Part shown: piece after piece, positions 9,906-19,901 of the stretch
Position numbering within the stretch: the stretch's first letter is position 1
How the letters are laid out: every line of letters starts with the position of its first letter
Assembly (NCBI GenBank): GCA_964442455.1
Contig: CAYTZB010000004.1
Coordinates: 7,425 to 71,424 of the forward strand
DNA from: an uncultured Gammaproteobacteria bacterium
GTDB lineage: Bacteria > Patescibacteriota > Microgenomatia > UBA8517 > JACQJR01
Reading direction: 5' to 3'
Length of the DNA: 64,000 nt
The notes under the pieces: model-generated
What the model saw: the letters and a program-made list of their open reading frames with translations, nothing else
Told to the model about the DNA's origin: nothing
The model's database searches: none
Made by a program: the position numbers and the translations under genes

Positions 9906-11225
9906 CTAAGCTTTACCTCCTTTTGCAAATACCCGCAGTAATGTCCTCGTTACTACAATTCCGGTAAATAAGCTCAAAAGTACTCCAATTGCAAGTGTCG
10001 CAGCAAATCCTCGCACCGGCCCCGACGTATGAAGAAACGACCAATTAAACGGATTAAATAAAATGAAGGAAGTCAAAAGAGTGGCAATGTTTGCATCCCT
10101 AATTGAATCCCATGCGCGACCAAAACCTGCTTCAAGGGCCGACCTATAGTCAAGACCCCGCTGCACTTCCTCTTTGAACCGTTCAAAGGTTAAGATATTA
10201 CTATCAACCGCCATTCCAACCGAGAGCAAAAATCCAGCAATGCCGGGGAGCGTCAGAACGACCGGAATTAATTTAAATAAAGCAAGTGCAAACACTCCAT
10301 ACATAACCAGTGCCACCGTTGCGATAAGTCCTAATCTTCCATAGTAAAGCGTCATGAAGACAGCAACAGCCACAACACCTACCAGTCCTCCCCGAATTGA
10401 TGCCTGTACTGCTTCTTTGCCTAACGTCGGACCAATAGTGCGCTGTTCAATAGGCCGCAAAGGAACGGGCAATGCACCAGAGTTGAGTAATGTTACTATT
10501 TGCTTTACCTGCTCAACGGTAAAGTCACCCGTTATTACTGCTTGTCCACCCGAAATTTTCTCTTGAACGGTTGGGGCTGAAATGACTTCGCTATCAAGTA
10601 GAATCGCAAGCTGTTTACCCACATTCGCCTCGGTCAACTGCTCAAATAACTTTCCTCCCTCCTCATTAAACTGCAATCCCACGACTGGTTTTCCTGTTTG
10701 TGGGTCAAACTGAATTTGAGCGCGCACAAGCTCTTTCCCTGTAAGTGAAGTCGGGACAAGTTTAGCGGCTGGAGTCGCCTCACTTGTTTCTTCTTCAAAT
10801 TGTGCAAAAACAAGTTGTGCAGTTTGGCCAAGTAAATTTATGGCAGTAGTTGTATCCGTAACCCCCGGAAGTTCAGCAATCACTCTATAGCTTTCACCCA
10901 CCTTGGAAGTTTGAACCAAAGGTTCAGATACGCCAAATAGATTAACCCGTCTCTCAACCGTTGAAGCGGCAGCAGTTAGCGCACTTTCCTTATCTTCACT
11001 CTTGATGTTGCTCATATCCGTCTCAAAAACCAAGTGGCTCCCTCCTGCGATATCAAGACCAAGTTTTGTCTGCAAATCACGGATAAAAGAGAAGCTACCT
11101 ACTTTAATAGTAATCCCTGGCACAGGTATGGTACGACCACGCAGTGTCAATTCTCGAGGAAGTGCAACAAAGAGAGAGAGTAAAAATAAAACGAGTATAA
11201 AGAGCAACAAGCCGAGTGGTTTCAT
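9906..11225 (-). CDS. secD: Protein translocase subunit SecD
   Basis: LGLDIAGG, RRVNLFGVSEP, LNSGALP, GMAVDSNILTFER. Confidence 0.96.
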   Translation of the reverse strand: MKPLGLLLFILVLFLLSLFVALPRELTLRGRTIPVPGITIKVGSFSFIRDLQTKLGLDIAGGSHLVFETDMSNIKSEDKESALTAAASTVERRVNLFGVSEPLVQTSKVGESYRVIAELPGVTDTTTAINLLGQTAQLVFAQFEEETSEATPAAKLVPTSLTGKELVRAQIQFDPQTGKPVVGLQFNEEGGKLFEQLTEANVGKQLAILLDSEVISAPTVQEKISGGQAVITGDFTVEQVKQIVTLLNSGALPVPLRPIEQRTIGPTLGKEAVQASIRGGLVGVVAVAVFMTLYYGRLGLIATVALVMYGVFALALFKLIPVVLTLPGIAGFLLSVGMAVDSNILTFERFKEEVQRGLDYRSALEAGFGRAWDSIRDANIATLLTSFILFNPFNWSFLHTSGPVRGFAATLAIGVLLSLFTGIVVTRTLLRVFAKGGKA

Positions 11226-11810
11226 TTAACTTACAAAACTTTCCTCATCTCCTACAATCATTACCTTACTTCCCGAGATAACCTCAAGCAAGAAAGGATC
11301 GCGACGTCGTTTACGAAAGTCAAACTCTTCTCGGGTCATGGGTGTATAGTTAATCTCCTCACTCCGCCTCTTTTGCTCCTCTCTGATAAATGTGACCAAC
11401 TCCGGCAACACGACATCTCCCACAATCAATACATCAACCTCGTCATTAGTGCGTCTGGGCATCCAGCGTACAAATCGACCGGAGAACATGACATATGAGA
11501 TTTTTCCCAACTTTTCCCGGTTTTTGCGAATTGCGGCTCCCAGTCCTGTAGTTTTGACTACCAGTTGCAAAAGTTCTTGATAAAATTGATAGTCAGGCCG
11601 CACACCATAATATAGACGGTTCCCGCGCGGTTCGCGTCGCAACATCCCAGCTTCCTCCATACGTGCCAGTTCACGCCGCACTGCGTTAATCTCCTCCCCG
11701 GTCAACCGAACAAGCTCCCTGACATGATGAATTTGTCGAGGATTGCCATAAAACACCTCAAACAGCTTTATTCGTGCGCGAGAAACTATGAAGTCAGAAA
11801 TGTTGGCCAT
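11226..11810 (-). CDS. Winged-helix protein with nucleotidyltransferase-like C-terminal domain
   Basis: HVRELVRLTGEEINAVRREL (HTH-like); SGRF...EVDVLIVG. Confidence 0.7.
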   Translation of the reverse strand: MANISDFIVSRARIKLFEVFYGNPRQIHHVRELVRLTGEEINAVRRELARMEEAGMLRREPRGNRLYYGVRPDYQFYQELLQLVVKTTGLGAAIRKNREKLGKISYVMFSGRFVRWMPRRTNDEVDVLIVGDVVLPELVTFIREEQKRRSEEINYTPMTREEFDFRKRRRDPFLLEVISGSKVMIVGDEESFVS

Positions 11811-11825
11811 ACCGCATGGGGCAGA

Positions 11826-12989
11826 TTAATAATTAACCTCCGTTCCTGCGGACAGGACTTCTATCCAAATTGGTCCAGCAACAAAGGAAATTTCTTTCCC
11901 TGTTTTATCAAAAACTTCTGTTCGTGAAGTTCTCTCTTGCTTCTTCCAAGTTCCTTCTATCACAGTTCCCGCTTGAAAAACGAGTACCTTCCCGCTGCCA
12001 GTTGTCTGATAGAGTAAATGTTTTTCTACATCGCCAAGCGAGCGCTCACTGGTAAAGAGCACCACTACATTTGCAGCGGTGAGCTGCTGGTTGTTATTCA
12101 AGTCTGTGTGCGCCCTATCACCATTCTCCCGCTTCCATACCCCACTTGCCCCCTCATATGTCCATCGCACACTATATTGCTCATGCCCTGACCAGAAAGG
12201 GAATGAAATACTAGACACAGTGCCGGTGGTCCCGGGCTCTTTAAACTTCCATGGTAAAAATTCTTCATCCCACTTAGTACCGCTCTTATCTTTTGCTTCT
12301 AAGTCTCGTTCTTGGGCTACTTGCCATAATTTATCGGTAGTCGAATACATCGTATGCTCTGTTGCCACAGGATGCCCTATCCGTTCATAATCGCGCCAAA
12401 ACGTCGGAAAGCCAATTGCAAATTGATTAAAATCGTTTCCATCAGATAACCATCCATAGCGAGCGATAAGTCCCAATGCATCAGCGGGTCCGGGACGGTT
12501 TGCTCCTCCCACATGAACATACAACGGTTTATCGCCATACTCTGATGCCCAGTCCATGAAATAGACGCGGGCCGACCGAACTGGCCCAATGGTGAGCTCT
12601 TCGGCGGACGCTCCACAGTAAAATACGGCAAGAAATCGTGTAATACCACCCTCCGCCACTGCTTCGTACACAACATCAGCACTAGCGAGCCCTGATTGCG
12701 GTCGTGCCTCTTCATGGTTCTCAATCATGACGGTCAAAGGACGACGTTGCTCCCAAATTTCTCGTTCTTGTTTAGTATATTTCTTGCCATTCAAGGGACA
12801 GCTTTCTGTTTTGGGCGCATTCGGGTCAATCCCTGCTCTTTTTCCGGTAAGACCAATGGGGGAAATGAGAGGAACACTCGGTTTCACTACAAAAAAGAAT
12901 ATAAGCCACGAAACACCCGCTGACAACAAGTATAACCCAAGAAGGGTTATACTTATCCTCACATTTTGTGCTGTTACCAGTTGTCGCAT
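11826..12989 (-). CDS. DUF3048 (YerB-like) membrane-anchored protein
   Basis: RPLTVMIENH, ARPQSGL, EGGITRF, GPVRSAR. Confidence 0.88.
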   Translation of the reverse strand: MRQLVTAQNVRISITLLGLYLLSAGVSWLIFFFVVKPSVPLISPIGLTGKRAGIDPNAPKTESCPLNGKKYTKQEREIWEQRRPLTVMIENHEEARPQSGLASADVVYEAVAEGGITRFLAVFYCGASAEELTIGPVRSARVYFMDWASEYGDKPLYVHVGGANRPGPADALGLIARYGWLSDGNDFNQFAIGFPTFWRDYERIGHPVATEHTMYSTTDKLWQVAQERDLEAKDKSGTKWDEEFLPWKFKEPGTTGTVSSISFPFWSGHEQYSVRWTYEGASGVWKRENGDRAHTDLNNNQQLTAANVVVLFTSERSLGDVEKHLLYQTTGSGKVLVFQAGTVIEGTWKKQERTSRTEVFDKTGKEISFVAGPIWIEVLSAGTEVNY

Positions 12990-12990
12990 C

Positions 12991-13455
12991 TTACTTTTTT
13001 GCCAATTCTATCGCCTGTTTTTCTTCCTTTGAAAGCTCCGCTCGACTTTGCCCTTTGCTAATATCCTTTACATAGAGTCGGGTCGTATCTCGGGCGTGAA
13101 GCCCTGTGATAACCACTCCAGAGTTTTGCTCATTTAAAAGCGCGAGCGTAAATGACTGATTTCCTCCTGCATCACGGAATGGATTAAACCGCACCAATCC
13201 TATTTTTTGCAGATGCGTAACATCCGCGTGCTTGATATCGGTAATGACCGCCTCAATATTCGCAAGTTTCGTGTCAAATCCATCCTGTCGTGTTGCAAAC
13301 TCTCCCAAGAGCTTACGAATATCGCGCTCTCCTACTCTTCCTACTACTTTTTTAAAAGCGCGCTCACGGCTCCATATCCACCATGTGAGCGCTGCAACCC
13401 ACACAATCGCACTTCCAGTAACTACCCACAGGAACAATTCCTGATTGAACACCAT
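12991..13455 (-). CDS. DUF4446 family protein
   Basis: N-terminal TM; KIGLVRFNPF..GGNQSF, LSKEE. Confidence 0.85.
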   Translation of the reverse strand: MVFNQELFLWVVTGSAIVWVAALTWWIWSRERAFKKVVGRVGERDIRKLLGEFATRQDGFDTKLANIEAVITDIKHADVTHLQKIGLVRFNPFRDAGGNQSFTLALLNEQNSGVVITGLHARDTTRLYVKDISKGQSRAELSKEEKQAIELAKK

Positions 13456-13527
13456 TTTAACTCATTCATTCTAAGGGGATGGTGAAGGGGTTGTCAAGGA
13501 AGGATTTTTAGATTATCATCTTCTTAA

Positions 13528-13830
13528 ATGTCCAAGAAACGAAAAACAAGGAAGGAGAAAATGAAGGCTCGCCTTCGCCAAGAAAGGATAAACCCGGCAG
13601 AGCCTGCACAACAGGAGAGTGAATTTGAAGCCCCCACTTTTACGTTTGTCAAGAGGGAATTTAATGTGAATCACGCACAAACAGGCTCACCCACTTCACC
13701 AAGAGAAAAGCAAGAAAAACCAGCACAAACTGGAACTTTAGCTTCATCAACGAATGATCTCCGTAAAACATTTTTCATAGCTTCGCTCATCTTCTTGTTT
13801 GAAGCTGTGCTATACTGGCTCTGGAAATGA
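13528..13830 (+). CDS. Hypothetical protein, basic N-terminus and C-terminal TM
   Basis: 100-aa ATG ORF, divergent from the DUF4446 gene. Confidence 0.65.
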   Translation: MSKKRKTRKEKMKARLRQERINPAEPAQQESEFEAPTFTFVKREFNVNHAQTGSPTSPREKQEKPAQTGTLASSTNDLRKTFFIASLIFLFEAVLYWLWK

Positions 13831-13872
13831 TTTTCCTGTCCAAAACAGGAAAGGAGGTGACGAGTAACTACT

Positions 13873-14010
13873 ATGGCAATGTATTGTGTTAAGTGCCGTG
13901 CAAGCCGTGAGGGAAAGAATGCTCAGCAAGTTACCATGAAGAACGGCAAGAAAGCAACCAAAGCGGTTTGTGAAGTGTGCGGTACGACAATGTTTAGGAT
14001 CGGAGGCTAG
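13873..14010 (+). CDS. Small zinc-ribbon protein (DUF5679-like), 45 aa
   Basis: MAMYCVKCR...MKNGK.ATKAVCEVCGTTMFRIGG; strong SD AGGAGGTGA; below the ORF-track cutoff. Confidence 0.85.
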   Translation: MAMYCVKCRASREGKNAQQVTMKNGKKATKAVCEVCGTTMFRIGG

Positions 14011-14075
14011 TTCGCCTCACAGTTTTTTCCAGGAAATCACCTCATCCGGTAAAATAAGTGAGGTGGTTTCTTGGT

Positions 14076-14696
14076 ATGCGCTCAAAAATAACGCCCAATC
14101 CCCAAAAAGTTTTTAAAGTCTTTAAAAAACATTACCAACCTATTCCCCTTGAGGTGTATGGAGATGATGCTTTCAAAACGCTCGTTTCAACACTTCTTTC
14201 ATCGCGAACTAGAGATGAAACAACATTTACAGTTTGCGAACGCCTATTCAAAAAAGTTCATAATTTCCAAGATTTAGGTCAATTAGGTAAATTAGAAATT
14301 AGAAATTTGATATATCCCGTTGGATTCTACAAAACGAAAGCAAAAAATCTTTCAAAAACTGCGAAACGTTTGGTAGAAGTGTATGGTGGAAACGTTCCAC
14401 AAACCATAGATGAACTCATTAAACTTCCTGGTGTGGGTAGAAAGACTGCAAATCTTGTTCTTGCTCGAGCTTTTGGAAAACCAGCAATTTCAGTTGATAC
14501 CCATGTCCATAAAATCGCGAATCTCCTTGGCTGGGTCAACACCAAAACCCCTGAACAAACAGAAAAAGAATTAATGAAAATCATCCCCAAAAAATATTGG
14601 CGTGACATCAACCGCCTGTTTGTTTCCATCGGCCGCCAGTTTAGAAGTAAACAAAAACTCACAGAATTTCTAATAGAGAATCAATTATTAGAATGA
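14076..14696 (+). CDS. nth: Endonuclease III (HhH-GPD glycosylase) lacking the Fe-S motif
   Basis: LLSSRTRD, LPGVGRKTANLVL, VDTHV. Confidence 0.9.
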   Translation: MRSKITPNPQKVFKVFKKHYQPIPLEVYGDDAFKTLVSTLLSSRTRDETTFTVCERLFKKVHNFQDLGQLGKLEIRNLIYPVGFYKTKAKNLSKTAKRLVEVYGGNVPQTIDELIKLPGVGRKTANLVLARAFGKPAISVDTHVHKIANLLGWVNTKTPEQTEKELMKIIPKKYWRDINRLFVSIGRQFRSKQKLTEFLIENQLLE

Positions 14697-14730
14697 CTTG
14701 TGGGTAAAAATTTGATATAATACTTTTATT

Positions 14731-15339
14731 ATGGCAGAACACACAGAAGATCGATTCTCTCGTGAGGAATTGAGAATAAGTCCTGGTATTCCCTTTTCCA
14801 TTACCTATGAACTAGCCGAATCTTCAATAGCGGCTTCAGATAAGGAGTACAACGTAAGACCTGATTCACAATTCAGGGCAGGAATGATTAGCTTGGACAT
14901 AGAAAAGGTAGAAAAAGCCGGTATATATGTAACCCTAAGAGAACCTCGTTTTGAGACTTTTACTTCTATATCTGATCCTATAGAACTCTGGTCCCCCGAA
15001 GATTTTGGAACACCTGCTGGTCCGATAGAAGTTCAATACGTTCTAGAGAATGGCAAAAGAATATTTAAAAGTTTACCGATGAGTTTTTCTGTTGTTATGA
15101 ATAATATTACTAAAGAACAGGTAGAAAAAATAAGGTGCTCTTTTATTTACGGAGGTAACAGATTTGAGGGAGAAGCGTTATATGTAGAAGAACCAAGGTC
15201 ACGGAGCAAGTATTATCCTGGAACACTTTCATTTCATAAGTGGAAAACACCCGATACTCAACAACCGCAATTTCAGTATTTTCCTCGCACACCGGAGGTC
15301 TACCAAAATTTACAATTTTTAGTTGATATCGAAAGATAG
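14731..15339 (+). CDS. Hypothetical protein
   Basis: 202-aa ORF with TG-A-TATAAT upstream. Confidence 0.65.
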   Translation: MAEHTEDRFSREELRISPGIPFSITYELAESSIAASDKEYNVRPDSQFRAGMISLDIEKVEKAGIYVTLREPRFETFTSISDPIELWSPEDFGTPAGPIEVQYVLENGKRIFKSLPMSFSVVMNNITKEQVEKIRCSFIYGGNRFEGEALYVEEPRSRSKYYPGTLSFHKWKTPDTQQPQFQYFPRTPEVYQNLQFLVDIER

Positions 15340-15349
15340 TAAATCTCTA

Positions 15350-15895
15350 CTAATGGTCTAGAATAACTGTCACTGGACCGTCGAGTTCCGTTGAAATTTC
15401 CATATATTCTCCAAATCTTCCAGTTTTTACTTTTACACTTTGCGCTTTTAGCTTACTTATGACATCCTCCCCGCTTTGAAAAGCGGGGTTTCCTCTAAAG
15501 GAGGATGACATATCAGCGTTCAATTCATCTCCCGACTGAAAGTCGGGAGTTTTCTTGAATGCTGTTATAAAGTATTCATATAAAGGTTGGGCAATTTCGG
15601 GGCGGGCGGCTTTTACGAAGCTGGGGCGGTTGCCACCGGAGGTATCAGCATACAACGTAAATTGTGAAACAACAAGCATTTCTCCACCAACATCGTTTAC
15701 TGTTAAATTCATCTTTCCTGTCTGATCAGACATTATTCGTAACTTTGTTAGCTTTTCCGCTAAAAATTCAGCGTCTTTTTCTGTATCTCCATCTTTTATT
15801 CCCACTAACACAAAGAGTCCCTTTCCAATTTTACTAACAATCTTTTTGTTAACGGAAACAGATGCCGAAGAAACACGCTGGACGACACATTTCAT
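15350..15895 (-). CDS. dtd: D-aminoacyl-tRNA deacylase with 36-aa insertion
   Basis: VVQRV, VSQFTL, GNRPSF, DGPVT. Confidence 0.95.
   Translation of the reverse strand: MKCVVQRVSSASVSVNKKIVSKIGKGLFVLVGIKDGDTEKDAEFLAEKLTKLRIMSDQTGKMNLTVNDVGGEMLVVSQFTLYADTSGGNRPSFVKAARPEIAQPLYEYFITAFKKTPDFQSGDELNADMSSSFRGNPAFQSGEDVISKLKAQSVKVKTGRFGEYMEISTELDGPVTVILDH
15459..15566 (-). mobile_element. 108-bp miniature element with IS200/IS605-like ends, in frame in dtd
   Basis: Two subterminal 9-bp hairpins; follows TTAT and ends GGAGGATGTCAT; removing it restores YEYFI|SKLK. Confidence 0.75.
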
Positions 15896-15904
15896 ACAAC
15901 CTTA

Positions 15905-16369
15905 CTAAAGCCTTGAAATAATCGCTGCCTTAACCAAAATCCAAAAGAGATGATAGAAACCACCTACCCACAAAATAGTGTTGAGTGTTACGCCAATGAC
16001 TGCAAGCGTATATGCCTTCCAACCTCGTATCCTCAAGAGCCAAATAAGCGGTGCACCAACCATCGCAGGACCGGACACGATATAGGCAATAATGACAGAC
16101 GCGGCTTTCCCAATTTTGACACTTATGGTACTAAACTTCTCGAGCTTAATCTTCTTCGTTTGTGTGCGCACCCACGCGGATAACTCTACCTCAAAGGTTA
16201 AAAGATGTAAAAATATAACATTAAAAATGCTATTTACCACTACCATGACAAGTACTGCGCGAATAACTCCCGTATTAACGATGAGGATATTTGCCAGAAC
16301 AGTGAGCACAAAATCCGCAACAGGCCATATAGAAACTAAAATAGTTCTTCTGAATACACTTCTATTCAT
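15905..16369 (-). CDS. Small multi-pass membrane protein
   Basis: About four hydrophobic segments; start overlaps the rhomboid stop. Confidence 0.65.
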   Translation of the reverse strand: MNRSVFRRTILVSIWPVADFVLTVLANILIVNTGVIRAVLVMVVVNSIFNVIFLHLLTFEVELSAWVRTQTKKIKLEKFSTISVKIGKAASVIIAYIVSGPAMVGAPLIWLLRIRGWKAYTLAVIGVTLNTILWVGGFYHLFWILVKAAIISRL

Positions 16370-17009
16370 GGACACTCTTCCCCAGAGTAGCAAAAATCCA
16401 ACCTGTTATAAATCCTCCAATGTGTGCAAACCAAGCAACCCCACCTATTGCGGCAATAGCAAGCGAACCAACGCCCGCAAAGAGTTGAGTAAAGAACCAG
16501 TAGAAAAGCATGACGCTCGCCGGAATATCGGTAACAGTAATAAATCCAAATACAGGAACGAGTGTTTTAATGGTATGGCGAGGAAATAGCACCAAATAAG
16601 CTCCTAACACTCCCGCAATTGCACCCGACGCCCCAAGCATGGGAATAGTTGAGTTGGGAGCGAGCAAATATTGTGCGGCACCGCCTACGAATCCCGAGAA
16701 AAGATATACAATGGGGAAAAATAACTTACCAAAATATCCCTCTACATTATCGCCAAAAATCCATAGAAACCACATATTAGACAAGATATGGACCAGACCG
16801 GCATGTAAGAATTGACTTGTGATAAACGGAGCGAAGGTCACAGGATTTCCCCAGTCAACAAGTGTGGGGATGAGTGCCCATTGTGAGATAAATAACTCAG
16901 GATTCGCCGCACTAAACTCAAGAAAAAATACCCATGTATTTAGCGCAATGATAACAAGTACCCAAAATGGAAAGGTGTGTGCTGGTTGTGAATCACGAAG
17001 GGGAATCAT
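16362..17009 (-). CDS. Rhomboid family intramembrane serine protease
   Basis: FLHAGLVHILSNM, GASGA, AHIGG. Confidence 0.95.
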   Translation of the reverse strand: MIPLRDSQPAHTFPFWVLVIIALNTWVFFLEFSAANPELFISQWALIPTLVDWGNPVTFAPFITSQFLHAGLVHILSNMWFLWIFGDNVEGYFGKLFFPIVYLFSGFVGGAAQYLLAPNSTIPMLGASGAIAGVLGAYLVLFPRHTIKTLVPVFGFITVTDIPASVMLFYWFFTQLFAGVGSLAIAAIGGVAWFAHIGGFITGWIFATLGKSVHE

Positions 17010-17014
17010 AGTTT

Positions 17015-17128
17015 ATTCCAGATTACCAGGTACCAGATATCGGTTTCCAGTTTTTCAGGTCACAGTTTGCTTCTTAACCTGATAACTGATTACCCGAAAA
17101 CTGACAGCTGACAACTGATTAACTGATA
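17015..17128. repeat. Degenerate ~7-nt periodic inverted array (..CAG / CTG.. arms)
   Basis: TACCAG/TTCCAG/TTTCAG units on the left; AACTGA/ACCTGA units on the right. Confidence 0.65.
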
Positions 17129-17142
17129 TTTCTTCACTTCAT

Positions 17143-18684
17143 TTATAGCATACTTTCATCTTGCTTAGGTCTATATTGCAGTGCCTCAGCGATATGAGCC
17201 GATCCTATTTCTTTCACGCCTGCCAAATCAGCAATCGTGCACGCAACCTTTATGACCTTATAGTATGAGCGGGCGGACAAATTAAGTTGGGTTGCAGCAG
17301 CAGTCAAAATACGCTGGGCTTCGGTTGAAAGGGGACAGAATTCACGCACCGCTTTGGTTGTTAGTTCGCTATTTGCACGAAACTTTGTTTTCTTAAACCT
17401 TGAAATCTGAATGTTTCGTGCCCGCTGGACCCTCTCACGAATTACCTTTGAACTTTCCACCTTCTTGTCACTCCGAACCAATTTTTCAACCTTTACCTCC
17501 GGTACCTCAATATGAATATCAATACGGTCTAAAATCGGCCCAGAAATTCGCTTTTGGTAGCGGGAAATGTGCCCAGGGAGACATCTACAGGGACGGGTTT
17601 GGGAACCATAGTATCCACATGGACACGGATTGGCAGCAGCAATTAAGGTAAATTGAGCAGGATACGAAACCGTTCCTGCTGCTCGAGAGATAGTAACTAC
17701 TCCATCCTCCATGGGTTGACGAAGTGCCTCTAAAACATGACGCGGAAATTCAGGAAACTCGTCCAGGAATAATACGCCGCGATGAGCGAGTGAAATCTCC
17801 CCCGGCGCGGGTTTAGTACTACCACCGATTAAACCAACCCTACTTGTCGTGTGGTGCGGACTACGAAAGGGACGAAAACGCACAATTGATTGCCCAGGAG
17901 GAAGATTGCCTGTTATTGAATAAATTTTCGTTACTTCCATTGCTTCTTCCTCAGTGAGAACAGGAAGTATCCCGGGAAAGGCACGAGCAAGCATGGTTTT
18001 ACCTGCACCAGGTACCCCTTTCATAAATACATTGTGCGACCCAGCTGAGGCAATTTCCAACGCTCGTTTCACTGATTCCTGACCCTGTACTTCCTCAAAA
18101 TCAAACTCAAAAGGTTGACCTTTTTGTAAAAGCTTTTTAAATGAAATTGTCTTTGCGGGAAGAATCGCAACAGTCCCTGAAAAATGGCGTACAAGCGAGA
18201 GTAAATTGTCAACCGGATATACTTTTATCCCTTTTATTACTGATGCTTCTTCACTATTAACCGATGGCAGGAATATGTGTGTAAAATGTTTTTCTTTCGC
18301 CAAAAGTGCCATCGGCAACACGCCCGCGGTATGCCGTAGTGACCCATCAAGCGAGAGCTCACCTAAAAACATAGAGTCGGATAAACTACGGCCGGGAAGC
18401 TGCCCGGATGCAGCCAGAAGCCCAACTGCAATTGGCAAATCAAACGAAGGACCTTCTTTGGGGAAATCGGCAGGGGCAAGATTGACAGTAATGCGTCGTG
18501 GGGGAAAATCAGCGCCTGAATTTTTAAGAGCTGCCCGAACACGCTCTTTTGATTCTTCAACTGCGCGGTCTGCAAGACCAACAATGGTAAACGAAGGTAA
18601 TCCACCTTCGGCAATATCAACTTCTACCTCAATTGGCACACCCGAGAGTCCTATCGTTGCACCTGAAAAAATCTTAGCGAGCAT
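17143..18684 (-). CDS. comM: YifB/ComM family Mg-chelatase-like AAA+ ATPase
   Basis: ITVNLAPA, GVPGAGKT, PFRSPHH, GEISLAHRGVLFLDE, NPCPCG. Confidence 0.93.
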   Translation of the reverse strand: MLAKIFSGATIGLSGVPIEVEVDIAEGGLPSFTIVGLADRAVEESKERVRAALKNSGADFPPRRITVNLAPADFPKEGPSFDLPIAVGLLAASGQLPGRSLSDSMFLGELSLDGSLRHTAGVLPMALLAKEKHFTHIFLPSVNSEEASVIKGIKVYPVDNLLSLVRHFSGTVAILPAKTISFKKLLQKGQPFEFDFEEVQGQESVKRALEIASAGSHNVFMKGVPGAGKTMLARAFPGILPVLTEEEAMEVTKIYSITGNLPPGQSIVRFRPFRSPHHTTSRVGLIGGSTKPAPGEISLAHRGVLFLDEFPEFPRHVLEALRQPMEDGVVTISRAAGTVSYPAQFTLIAAANPCPCGYYGSQTRPCRCLPGHISRYQKRISGPILDRIDIHIEVPEVKVEKLVRSDKKVESSKVIRERVQRARNIQISRFKKTKFRANSELTTKAVREFCPLSTEAQRILTAAATQLNLSARSYYKVIKVACTIADLAGVKEIGSAHIAEALQYRPKQDESML

Positions 18685-19120
18685 TTAAGTTTACTTTATC
18701 GTATAGTTTTTGAATATCCCACTCTTTAATAAGAGAATATTAACGAGTGAGTGCGTAATTATCGCCTCAATTATTCCAAAGTTCACCACAACCCACCAAT
18801 AAAACAACCCCATAAAAAAGGCTGTAACAATAAACCTGAAGCCAAAATACCAATGAATCGCAGCGAAAATAACACTTGTTATTATCCCAACTTCCCAGAA
18901 TTTTCCTGGCGGTTGTCTTGAGCAACAGTATAGTTTGTTTCGTCAGAAACAAGCTCTGCTTATTTGAATTTATACAAAAGATAACGACGCTATTGTCGCT
19001 CGTTTGTTGAGAATATTTTAGGAGGTAATAAATAATCAGTCAACCATGAATTAACACCCAATGAAGAAAGTTCCCGTGTTTACTGTAAAAGACAGGAAAG
19101 TTAGAAGCACCTTCAGCCCT

Positions 19121-19804
19121 TTACCCTCTTATCTTATCGTACCAATCAAGCAGTATCTTTGAAACCAAGTCTTTCGCTCCCAATCCAATAAGTAGTCCAA
19201 GTGCCAGTGCGAGTGCCCAGGATAGCGTTTGGAATACTGCTTGTGTTAATGCTTCGGCAACACGAAGCTGCGAGAGTGCTGTGAAGAATGCAACTACTAC
19301 CACAACCCAGTACGCAAGTCGGCCGACCGGTCGCGCCGCATCATGGTCAACACTTGCAAGCGCCCCACGTACTAACCCTTCTGTAAGTCGTGCCACAAAG
19401 AATCCAGCTGCCAGGACCAGCGCTGACGCAAAGACATTAGGCAAATACCCCAAAATCTGCATTAACACATCAACGACAGGCGTCAATCCCAAAATATTAA
19501 CAGCCGCGATAAACCCAACCAGAATAATAATCCATCGCACAAACTCGCCAATGATTTGACTTACCGTAAGCTTTATCTCGGCGCGATGGAGCACTGTTCC
19601 AATACCTGCCGCCTGGACCAGCTGCTCAAGTTGCACGGCTTTCAGTACTTCCTCAACAAGTCGTCTCGCCCAGTAGGCAATTATGAGCGCGACTGCAAAT
19701 ACTAAACTAGCACCAATCGCAACAACAAGGACAGTAAGAACGCCCGGACCAACCTGTGCCCATGCCGAAAGAAGAGATGTCTGCCACACTTGAAGAAGAT
19801 TCAT
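19121..19804 (-). CDS. Conserved TM-helix repeat protein (MscS N-terminal-like)
   Basis: All-hydrophobic; YLPNVFASALVL, GLGAKD; SD GGAGGTGA. Confidence 0.8.
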   Translation of the reverse strand: MNLLQVWQTSLLSAWAQVGPGVLTVLVVAIGASLVFAVALIIAYWARRLVEEVLKAVQLEQLVQAAGIGTVLHRAEIKLTVSQIIGEFVRWIIILVGFIAAVNILGLTPVVDVLMQILGYLPNVFASALVLAAGFFVARLTEGLVRGALASVDHDAARPVGRLAYWVVVVVAFFTALSQLRVAEALTQAVFQTLSWALALALGLLIGLGAKDLVSKILLDWYDKIRG

Positions 19805-19886
19805 CTAACGTTACTCACCTCCCTTCGCTCCATATCTAATCTCATTGTGAAAACTCTAACAAACTTTGTCAAGGGGGCTCCTGGTG

Positions 19887-19895
19887 TGGTATAAT
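19887..19895 (+). promoter_or_regulatory. Extended -10 promoter for rnpB
   Basis: TGGTATAAT 6 nt before the P1 helix. Confidence 0.65.
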
Positions 19896-19901
19896 AGGGG
19901 C

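Noticed and set aside
18767-18952. 61-aa ORF between comM and the TM-helix gene
   Set aside because: No motif or RBS; probably chance or a decayed remnant.
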